Source: Adineta vaga (Eukaryota; Animalia; Rotifera). From it: a stretch of 64,000 bases of DNA. How positions within the stretch are numbered: the stretch's first letter is position 1; each line of letters opens with the position of its first letter. Of this stretch, positions 41,857 to 55,500 are shown one piece after another. The DNA lies in the NCBI GenBank assembly GCA_021613535.1, contig CP075493.1, forward strand, positions 2,170,001 through 2,234,000. The letters are read 5' to 3'. The notes beneath the pieces were generated by a model, which had not been told where the DNA came from, did no database searches, and worked only from the letters and a program-made list of their open reading frames with translations. A program made the position numbers and the translations under genes.

Positions 41857-42165
41857 ATGACAGACGAAACGAAACCAATTGTTTATGTTGTAGCAGATCT
41901 TTGGCCGTTTCCTGAAAAAGCCAAAGAAGCAAAAAAAATCTTAGTAGAAGTCGTACCGGAAGCAAAAAAAGAACGATCTTGTTTAAAATATGAATTATGT
42001 GAAAATTATAATGATCGTGCACAGTTTACATTACTTCAAGCTTGGTCAACTGAAGAAGCACTCGAAAATCATCTCAAAGGAGAATTAATTATTAAAGCAA
42101 CCGAAAATCTTCGAACTCTTCTTGCTCAACCAACAGAAATTCGACGTTATAAAAATATTGGTTAA
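41857..42165 (+). CDS. ABM/YgiN-type monooxygenase-like protein, divergent paralogue
   Basis: Intronless CDS; AKKERSCLKYELCEN...AQFTLLQAWSTEEALENHL...PTEIRRYK aligns with the 40893-41246 protein. Confidence 0.88.
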   Translation: MTDETKPIVYVVADLWPFPEKAKEAKKILVEVVPEAKKERSCLKYELCENYNDRAQFTLLQAWSTEEALENHLKGELIIKATENLRTLLAQPTEIRRYKNIG

Positions 42166-42447
42166 CAAATTGACTCATCATTTATCAATGTTGTCTATGT
42201 AACAAATAAATATTTCAGAAAAAGAATGACCCAATGTTGTCATTCACTTTCTTTTTTTATCAGAGTATTAATTCTTGCTAATTAAAATCGCTACCCACAA
42301 GTTCTCACGAAACACATCCCGGAAGTCGTAACGCCATACGAAACTAATATAAATACGATGAGATTATCTTAAAATGAAATGATAGTCCAATTAGTTGCTT
42401 AAAAAAGATTTCTATCACGGAAAAAAAACAACAGTTTTAATATTCAT

Positions 42448-43214
42448 TTAAGATCGATTCTTTTCATATGAGAGATCAGTCGTTTGGTAATGTGAATAAT
42501 CATTATTATTTTGATTTTGTGGAAAAGAAATTCCATGAGAGAGATGAAGTTGCTGTTGCATTTCAATGCCACAATTATATGGCATTGACATTCGTCGATA
42601 AGATGAATACGATTTTGAATAGAAATTTGTTAGAAGAGCTGATTGAGCAAGTAAATTTGTTAAGAGATAAGTTCCAAATGCTGCTATAGATTCGTTGATA
42701 GGTCGAGTTTCTTTCATTTCCTCGGATTGATGTAAAAATTGACATCGTACTCCATATTTACAATGTCCGGAAAGAAAATTTCGACAAAGTTCAGTTTTAT
42801 ATTTCGGATGTCGATTACGAGAACGTAATTCTTCTAATCCATGTGCAAATTGACAACGTGATGAATAAGAACAAAGTCCATAGATAGAGAAATTACGACA
42901 TAATTCTGTTTTATATTTTACTATTAATATTCAGTTGAAATCAATCATTCATTTGTTCTTTTACTTTTACTTACAATTTTCAGATTCATTCATTGATTGT
43001 CTTTCACTATCATGATTGGATTCTGTTTGACTTGGAATTGATGATATACCTTGAAGAGTTTCATTCGAATGATTGATCGACATTTGTTCACCAATAACAT
43101 TTGCTAAACTTATTCCCGGTTGAAATAGAGGCAAACCTTTCAAAGAATCGAATTAGTCATAGACAGAGATGAATATGAATCATTACCTGAATTTTGATTC
43201 TCTATTGTATTCAT
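42448..43214 (-). CDS. TIS11/ZFP36-family tandem CCCH zinc-finger mRNA-decay protein (3 exons)
   Basis: Two fingers with YKTEL lead-ins: [63 protein letters not shown]. Confidence 0.92.
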
Positions 43215-43388
43215 ATTCTTGATTGAATGAGTAATTTATTTTTTCGATAAAATAAATGTTTAATACATTGTCGATACTGAATGTTGTTTTGAGATAAAAA
43301 AATGAGAATAGAACAGTTAATTTATGAAGAGGAATTGAATTAGTTTTTTGATATTTACAGGCGCGTTAGTAACTATGAATTATTTTAG

Positions 43389-45452
43389 ATGACGGAAGAT
43401 CATTCCACATTATTTGATCAATATGATATTCAAATATCGAATACTGAACGACGCAATTCAAGTATTGCAATTCAAGATTGTTATATTGTCTATCTGATTG
43501 AATGCCGGTGAGTAAAATTCATATGTTTATCAATAAAATATGATGTTTTCTTTAGATTAAAATCAAATAAAGATAGCGAATCAACATGTGTTTTTCGTCG
43601 ATATTCCGATTTTGAAACGTTACGAAACTATCTTGTTGCTAAATATTCTTGGGTAATTGTTCCCGTTTTACCAGAAAAAACGGTAAGAAATGAAAATAAA
43701 CGAGGTGAAATTGTTATATTTTGTTTGGATAAAAAAAACTCTAGATCTCTCATACTTGGTCCAAATCGCATCAAGATCGAACAAGTGTTGAAGTTGTCGA
43801 ACGAAGACGTGTTTTACTTGAAGTACGAAAGAATTTGACTAAGAAACAAAACGAAAAATATTTTAATGACTTTCTAGCGTTTTCTTCGTCATCTATGTGC
43901 TCATCCAACATTATCAGCAGATTCAGCTGTTCAAACATTTTTACTTCAAAATGATGGATGGAAACAGATTGTAGATACAAGTCATGTACTTAATAAAGTA
44001 AGAATCTCAATATCCAGATTAAGTTAATACTATTGCATAGATTTGCATTGAAGAAGATTTAAATTCGGAATATTAAACAATCTATTGTTATATATAATGG
44101 GAAACCTTTGAATGCATCAATAAGCTATGAATGGTTTCTAATTATTTTTTACTTTGTTCATCCGCATTAAATAAAGCTTTACTAAAAGATAATAATTTGA
44201 AAGTTTCAAAATCTTCTTAAAATTCTCATTAGGAACAGACGAGTTCACTACTTTCTTTCGCAAAATTTTTGAAAAAAGAATTCATTATTCTATTCTATTT
44301 TTAGTCGGAATCGTTAATTCCTTCATTTAAACTCAATTTAATGCAACATGAAAGAACAAAAGATAAGTATGTCGAAAGAAATGCCTTGAATTTTCATCGA
44401 ATTTTTCATTTATTCAGACGATTTCTTGATGCTTATCAATACGCAATCGATCTCAATAATGTTTTATATAATATTCTTCGAGCACGTGCAGTAAGCTAAC
44501 AATCTTCTTACATCGCCATTCATTTTCTCTTTTCTCTACTAACAAAAATTAGAAACTTGCTGATCGAATATTTCTATATTATCAATCACATAATCAATTC
44601 GGTCGATTATTTAGTGAATGGAGTACAACAGAAGATAAACTTGGTGATTCATTACAACGTGCAGGACATTTTCTTGATAGGTATGATTTTAACATATAAA
44701 TCAATTTATTTTACATGGAAATTTCTTAGTTTTGCTGGACAAATCGAAGAATATCTTCATGAAGAAGATGCTTTAATGGATTTTATAAAACATCAAGCAT
44801 CGTATTGTGATGTTATCAAGTAAGAAATGAAAGATTTGTTGTGAATAATTTCATTTTCCAATTCATATAGATCGGTTGTTGAAAAACATGAACAATTAGT
44901 TGAAGACAATTGTAAACAGGAAACATCATTAGGTACAAAACGATCCCAACGAGATGCTTATGTAAGTTTGAAGATAGGTGTCTTTATTGAATATGAATGA
45001 ATTGAATAGGCAAATGGAAAAATGAATTTTTCGGTGAATTCACTTAAATCAAAATTATTCGGTGAAAATGATCAAACACGTTATGCGAAAATTGATACGA
45101 TGGATTCGAATATCAATGATGCAGTTTTACATTGTCAAAATGCGGATATTCGTGTGAAGTAAAGAATCGACATTAAAGAAACAATATTTCAGAAATTGAT
45201 TTCATTCTTTTATCTATAGAGAATTCAATAAAAATGCTTTGATTGAACTTGATTTTTATAAAACAATGAAAGAAGAACAAATGCGTGAAATTCTTCGTTC
45301 CTATTGTCTTCTTCAAGCTCGAATTGCAAAAGCGGTTTGTTTTCTATTTCAATATAATTCATATCTTCACAAATGTCTTTCGATATATTTAGGCTTTAAA
45401 AAGTTGGACAAATATTCGCGATAGTTTTTCCACTGAACAAACACCAATTTAA
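43389..45452 (+). CDS. SNX4: Sorting nexin-4 (PX-BAR)
   Basis: PX domain YIVYLIE, RRYSDFETLRNYL...IVPVLPEK, VERRRVLLE.FLRHLCAHPTLS; BAR domain HNQFGRLFSEWSTTEDKLGDSLQRAGHFLD. Confidence 0.88.
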
Positions 45453-45836
45453 TATTCCAAACTAAACACTTCTTATTCTATTACACATTCCGTTGCATGT
45501 ATTTTTTATCTATTTATTAAATCTTCTCACGTTCTTGTAGTCAATCAATGCATTAAATCTAGATGATGTAATCATTTTTTCATTTTTAGATTCGATTATG
45601 TTTCTATGATATCGATTGGTTTTTTTACAAGAAGAAGACTTCCGATTTAATTTGTAAGTTTGTTTTTTAAAGATTAATAAATGTTGGAGATGAAATGGTT
45701 TTCCATTAGTTTTATTACGATGTTAACGAGTCATGTCTACTTATATGTTTGACAACATGAGAATGATTCAATGAAATTTCATTACGATATTTACTAACAG
45801 AAAGAAAAAAAAACTTTGACATTATTTGTAGGTTTT

Positions 45837-47276
45837 ATGTCGCGTAAAATTTCTCAACCACGTTCAACTGGTTTAAAAGATATATCGAATAAATTCTCTA
45901 AAGTTCAAATCGGTACCAAAACGTAAGACAAATATCTTATGAAGGCTTTTCATTAATCATATATATTACATAGAACTAACCAAAAATCTCCAACTAAACC
46001 ATCTGCTATTGATAATCTCATTGACTCGATTAAAAATGGAAAATATAAACGAATTATTGTTCTAGCTGGAGCTGGTATTTCAACGCCAAGTGGTATTCCT
46101 GATTTTCGGTAAGTAATTTCAATTGAATTATTTGCTTTATAATCGACATTCCTTTTAGAACACCAGGGACAGGTTTATATGATAATCTTCGACGGTATAA
46201 TATTCCATATCCAGAAGCGATATTTGAATTAGATTATTTCTATCGTAATCCAAAACCATTTTTTCATTTGGCTAAAGAACTTTATCCTGGCCGATATGTT
46301 CCAAATGTAATTCATTATTTTATTCGATATTTACATGATCAAAATATTCTTCATCGTGTTTATACACAAAATATTGATGGACTTGAACGAAGTAAATCAG
46401 ATCGAAGGAAATATTCTAGAATAAATTTCTTCCTATTCTATAGTGGCTGGAATTCCAGCAGATAAAATTGTCGAAGCACATGGAACATTTATGACAGCAA
46501 CATGTCAACGATGTGGTCAAAAGTATACCTGTGAGGATATTCGTCAACGAATTGTCGATGATGAAATACCAAAATGTACAAAAAATTCACGATGCACAGG
46601 CGTTATTAAACCAGATATTGTTTTCTTTGGTGAAGATCTTCCACGACGATTTGATATGTATTCACGTGATTTACCAATATGTGATTGTTGTATTGTTATG
46701 GGCACATCATTAGCTGTTGCTCCTTTCTCGGATATTGTGGATTCAGTATCACGTGTGACAGTACGTCTTTTAATCAATCGTCAAGTTGTGGGTACATTTT
46801 TATCTCCGCGATCACATGATGTGACGATGATTGGTGATTTGGAAGTTAATATTAAAGAATTTCTAACAAAATTAGATGTTATTGATCAAGTAATGGAATT
46901 AATGAAAAAAGAGAATGCTGAAAATGAAAAACATCGAACAATTCAAATGAAAACAATGGCAACAAATTCAACAACGAATAATCGATTTAAGTCAGCTGAA
47001 AAATTTATTGAACAATCCGGAAATTTTATTACATTAACTCAACCAAAACAAGATCGACGAATAACAACTGAACCGAAAATAGTTTCGAATGAATCAACTA
47101 AATCAATGATTGAAAAACATAACAATGCCTTGATCTTCAATCGACGAGGAACAAAACCAATTTTACCAGTTATTCCATCGAAAAAACTCTCACCATCATC
47201 ATCATCTTCTTCATCTGAGTCATTAGATAGTTCACTATCTGAAACAGAGTTGAAACCGTTTGTTTTTAATCGGTAA
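45837..47276 (+). CDS. Class I NAD-dependent deacylase, SIRT3/SIRT2-like (4 exons)
   Basis: [56 protein letters not shown], CxxC...CxxxxxC Zn site, [18 protein letters not shown]. Confidence 0.95.
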
Positions 47277-47582
47277 TGAACAAATTACAAAAGAATGATC
47301 TTGATAATACGTTTTTTTGTGAAAATTTTTTATCTTATTTTATGCGAAATGAATGAACCATTGATGAATCATCTTGTTTTTTTATGAATAAAATACGAAC
47401 TATTTTTCGAATTCGATTCTGATACGATCATCAATATAACTTGAATGAAAATAATGTTTTAGTTTATTAAATCAAAGATGTTCTTCTGTGAAGTAAATAT
47501 AGACTTCTAAAGTTTATAAAATATGAAAACTAACTGAACTCTAACCGGTATAAGTAGTGAACAGAAAAAAAACGAATAGAGT

Positions 47583-49314
47583 TTAATAAAAATTGCCATG
47601 AAAAGATGCAGGTATATGTACTGGTAGATAAGCACGAGCCAATTCTTTAAACGTTTTTCCATCAAGAACGAGTAAAAAGGATCGTTTGCCTTTTTGATCT
47701 AGAATAATCGATAAGACAACTCCATCGTCTTCTTCAGCATCGGATGCATCAGGTCGTGGAACAAATATGGGTTCACTTGGTGATGTATATGGTTCTTCCC
47801 ATTTGTTAACTTCTTCTTTTGTTTGAAGATCCAATTTAATTAATGCATCAAATAATCGTCCTGGTGTTGCTCGATCAGCATAAACATATCGATATGGTTT
47901 GCCATTATAATTCGGATTAATACGTGGTAATTCAAATTGAACTGGCACAAGACTATGTGCATGACTAAAGCAATGACTACCTTTGGGTTCTCGTGCATTC
48001 ATATTAGGTTCAACACATGTATTAGCTTCTAAATCTAATTCAAATCGTCGAACATAACCAGCACCAGATGGGAAGATATTTTGTCGTAATTTATCCACAT
48101 ATAATTCGCTGATAATTCGTGGATCATCAAATGCACAAATATCAACAATGATCTTCTTCGTATTCTCGTCAAATTCATAAGAATTTATATGATGAAAATG
48201 AAAAAATGCCGGTCCAGGAATATAAGCAACTTGTTCACCAGTATCTAAACTAATGACACGAAAATATGTTGGCATGGTATCACCATTCCATTGAAACATA
48301 GATGATGCCAATCCACCAGTCATTAAACACCAAAGACCAGATAATTTAGCAAAATGATATGGAATTTCACTGAGAATTAAATAATTCTCACTAAGAGATG
48401 CTGAATGCATATAACAAGTATTTGGCGATGGAAAACGAAAAGCTTTTGTTGTGTTTTTAATACGACGATTATAATTCTTTGCACGTTCGTTCATACCAGT
48501 TGTTAAATGAAGAAAACGACGATCAGCAGCAAGTAATTTATCAAATTGATCATCATCATCATCTATAGGTGAAATTCAATATCAAACTTGATTAAAATTA
48601 AATCCGATTACCTTTTTTGTCATCTGCTGATAATTCTTCTGGAATGAATGCAACATCAATAAAACTTCCATTATTTGTCATTCGACTACTATAGCCCACT
48701 GTCATTTTACGTTTTGCATCATACATAACATGTGCTGTTGTTGTTGACATTATTGTTGAATCTTTTGGTCGACCATATGGTAAAGTGACAAGAGGACCGA
48801 TAGGTTCAAGTGTATTTGGATCAAGAACATTGCCAACAGGAATTTCTGTTAATGCTAATAATTCATTTTGAACCATTTGAACCGTTACACCTGTATCATC
48901 AGTTGACATTGCTGGATCTTTACCATAGAAAAATGATTGAAATCGACCAAAAATTGATTTACATGGATCAGTACCAAATTGTCGTGTCATCAATCGACCA
49001 TTTTTAACTGATTCAGTATAAGTACGAGATTTCACGAATGAACCACGAAATTGAAGTGTTTGTGATGATCCATCAATACTATATTTTTGTATATAAGCAA
49101 AACCATCAAAAATATGACTGAAAGTCGTTGCTGGATCATTATTAATTTCATGTGCACCAGGCCCATTTCGATACAAATTGCCTTTTAACCAATCAGGAAT
49201 TTGTCCTTGAAAATCAATGGTTTTTTCATCTGTATATTCATTTGTTGATGTATATAGATTATAATTATTCCATATTTCATCATCAGTTTTTTCACAACAC
49301 TGCTTTTCTGTCAT
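47583..49314 (-). CDS. Carotenoid cleavage oxygenase (BCO/RPE65 family), 2 exons
   Basis: GQIPDWLKGNLYRNGPG, HIFDG, DPCKSIFGRF, all four Fe-binding His (TTAH, YMHS, FHHIN, SFHG), FELPRIN, PSEPIFVPRP, EDDGVVL. Phase-1 intron 48563-48611. Confidence 0.95.
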
Positions 49315-49433
49315 TATCTGGAAAGAGAAATTTTTATTAAATACGACTACACCGATACAATAGGATAGGTTAGTAACTAAAATAAATTCTACTACATGAA
49401 AATAAAGATTTGACTAGGTTTATATGAGATTAT

Positions 49434-51667
<2,234 letters not shown>

Positions 51668-52570
51668 GTTTTTTTTTGAGATTCTGCTCGTTTAGAAAAA
51701 GAACGTTTTCTTTCGAAAATAACCCGGCTATATATATGCTAGGGAGCAATGTACCGAAATTTGTTTTTTCCTTTTCTCATGTTCTGTTACTTATAGAAAA
51801 AGTTGTGAGGACGTTTTCTTTTCTGTTCATCGCATTCGACATTCTTGATGGAGTTCGAGAGAAAAAAGTTTTTCCTGTAAACACTCGAGCCTCGACGAAG
51901 AAAGACGAGACTACGTGGAACGGAATCAGAAAGAAATATAAAATTATATCATCTCTCTCTCTCTCTTTGATTGCAAAAGAATAAGTGGAAGACCTGATCA
52001 ACCAGTCAATACAAATCGAACAAAGATGTCGTCAGTATTATGTACTGATAGTTTTTAGAAGACTTTGATCATCAGACATGTTCTGTGATTATTTGATGCT
52101 ATATCAACCAGAAATAATTTGTTATCGCTTGTCATATGTCATACGCATGTTGATAAATTATATGCCCAGATGTATCTAATTACACGATCAATTTTTATTC
52201 AATATTAGAACTTTTTTTCTATGACATGACAGATCTTCTACATTGTTTTTTTTCCACTCATACATCAACTGAAAACTCGTTTGGAGTCACGAATACTTAT
52301 CTTAATTGATTTATAATGTATACAATCATTCTCTGTTTTTCTTTAAAATGGAATTATATTTTTCTTCTATTTTTAACAAAAATCAAAACTTTTTCTATAG
52401 TATAAAACGAATTCATGTCTTTTTTATGATGAGTGTATCTATATAATTACGATATTATTCTTCCATCAAAATGAAAAATGTATAATCATATAGATAAGAG
52501 CCTTGGAAACATTTATAAACTTCTAAATTATTCGTATTGAGAACAATCATAATATAGAAATGAAAGTATG

Positions 52571-55500
52571 CTAAGTACTCAGTGGTGATGAACAACTTGT
52601 TTGAGTACCATAAGAAACTACAACAACTGGCACGTTGAAAGCAGATGACCAATCAATTGGATTATTCATCACATGACAAAAACCTGGACGAGTACTCAAT
52701 TGAGGACAATTGAGAAGAAAACCTATGATCATAGCATACGGTCCAGTCGGATTTGTCGGACGGCAATAACCATGCGATATTGCCGCTGACACACCGAAGT
52801 ATTCTCCTGGACCACAAGCTTGACCTGCTCGACGTTTCGGATCGAAACCATCCGTACAAATCGGTTTAATCGCTGTAGCAGCTGTACCGTGAAATGCAAA
52901 AAATCCTCGTGCCATATCGGGTGGAACAGCAATACTGAGAGATTCAACACCTTTATAAAAACGTTTCAATGATGCACATTGATCTGCTAATGCCATATTA
53001 TAATCAACACGAATAATCGGTGGTACAGATGGTAACCAATTGTCACGTGCAAATTTCTCAGCTGCTTGAAATAGACTCGGAAGATAATCACCCATTTTTT
53101 CGAACATTTCTCGTTCTTTACATGTTCTTCCTCGATGTGAATCATTATCAATTAGAGAACAAGATGGACAAACATCTCGACCACACGTAAAACATGTCTG
53201 ATAGCCACGCGTTCTTTTTATTAGTCCATTACATTCTGAATTTGGACAAAAGACTTGATCGAACATACTCGAATTATTATTCAGATAAATTTGAATTGAT
53301 TTCTTACATAGACCAATAAATGCCTCTCGTTCAGGAAAGATATCCAATAAATCTTCTATGGCAATATTTGTTTTACATTTCGATCCATTACATTGTAAAG
53401 GATAGATTGAACTTAACTGAGCTGTTGCACATCGACAATAAGCATGATCACATGCACGGAATGTATTGGTTGAATAGGATATTTTGCTACAAAATACACA
53501 TTTTTGTTTATCTCGAATGATATTACCATCAACTGAAAGCTTCGTTAAGAACTGTTTAACTTCTGTTTCGCATGATTCTATCAATGAGAGATTTGTTGTT
53601 GGTTCAGCATAGAGAATAATTGATTTTGTTCTTGATTTATAAGTTATATGACATCCCCAATTAATCCAAGTTTCGTCGAGTGTTTGAAGTTGAATATCAG
53701 CTGGTTTTTTTCGTCCAAAAAAATTAGCCACTGTGGAATTCAACTCAAGTACACGGAATCGTTGTCAAATATATCCGAATAATCACCAATTTGACGCATC
53801 AATTCACCTTGTTGTACTTGTGGACCACGAATTTCAATCCAAACATTTGATTTTTCTATCTTACGAACTTCAAGTTTTAATTTATTTGCCCAATCTTGAA
53901 TAATCTTCTGTAAGAAAAGTTCATCGAATAATTGTTTCTGTCGATCATTGGTTATTTTAATAATAATTGATGATGTTGCTTGAGCAAGCATACTTGCTGC
54001 TAAAGCTGTCTTTTGTGGAACTCCTCCATGGAAAAAACAACGAATAGCACCACGAAATTTTTGTTGTTTTTGATGAATGGATTGTTGATGAACTTGAATT
54101 TCAAATTGTTTGGCTATTTGTTGAATTAATGTCTCAAAATCAGGATATAAATGAGGATGAGTGACTGTTACTGTTGCTGTACTATCAATTTTCCATGTAG
54201 AATCTAGTTTTGGAATGATTTCTTTATATAATTTAAGTGCGGATTCACGATTCATAGCGGTGATAAGAAATGTTTGTGCAGTAGAATCTTTGTTTTCTAA
54301 ATCATTCACCGTTGGTAAGACATGTTTTTTTACGAGTTGATGACTTGTTCGATTTCGAACGGTGATTATGACGGGTATTTGACAAAAGTCTGATTGAAGA
54401 TTTGTTTTCGATTGTTCACATTGTTGATGATCAACAAAAAAGATATGTGCTGATGATGAACCCAAATTATCCTTATGTGTTTGTCGTAAACTGATTTTTA
54501 ATGGATTTATAGGTCGTAAAATTTTGCGTACAAATGCTTCATTTGTTTCGCGTGGCAAATTGATCAATTGAATCCCTGGTTGAATTCTTACACTTCGTCG
54601 ACCAAATCGTCGACAATCAACAGCATATGGAACGAGTCGATCCAATATTTCTTTATCACTTAAGAAACTATTTTCTGCTGGAATGGTCAACACTAATTGA
54701 CGACCCCATGAATCTTTTTCATTCATATGTGTACCTGTCGTCGATAATGATAGAGCTTCTTGAGAGCAGATGTGATGTGCTGGTAGTTTTGCTGTTGCTC
54801 TTTGAAAAGCTTCCATTGATTTCAATACAATATAGAAAGGTGGTGCTTCATAATCATCGTCGTCGTCGTCGTCGTCGTCGTCACCAAGTTTTTTTCGACG
54901 TTCTTGAAAATTATTCTCTCGAATATCGTGTCGACTTATATTAAGCTTTGTTTTTAGCCATATCTGTAGTTCTTCAAACGTTTCACATGGAACTTGTTGA
55001 AGATTAATTCGAAGAGCATCTTCCATGATTTCGATTGCTGAACAAATCAAACCGTTTTGAAATGTTGCTCGAATGAGACCACATTCAATAATTTTCACAT
55101 TTGTTTTGGATAAAATTGGTTCTAAAATGGATTCTACATGAGCTCGATCTCTTTTTAGACCCCATATGCTTAATCGAGACGATAATCGATCATAATCATG
55201 AACAAGCCATTTCGCCCATGGTTCCGAACGAACATTATTCAATACAGTTCGTATCTGATTATCAGTTGATGCGCCAACATTTTCTCGTACGAGTATTTGT
55301 TCAATTGGAGAAGCTGGTAGATTTCGTGAAGGAATTTGATGAAGACGATCAACAACATATTTTCCTGAAAGTAATCGCGTAATAGACATAGTTACAAAAT
55401 ACTGTTGTACATGTTCATGTGCATGTTGAACATAGATACTTCGATTAGCAATACTGGCAGTATATCATTGTGAATAAAATGAACACCTTCATTAGGTAGA

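Noticed and set aside
47583-49314. Carotenoid oxygenase as a horizontal transfer
   Set aside because: DPCKSIF motif is shared with animal BCO/RPE65 proteins; origin cannot be decided without a tree.
53740-55392. Abutting/overlapping ORFs suggesting a prokaryote-style operon or programmed frameshifting
   Set aside because: Frames join into one protein with single-base additions, no slippery heptamer is evident, and the same defect occurs in an ordinary GPCR gene.
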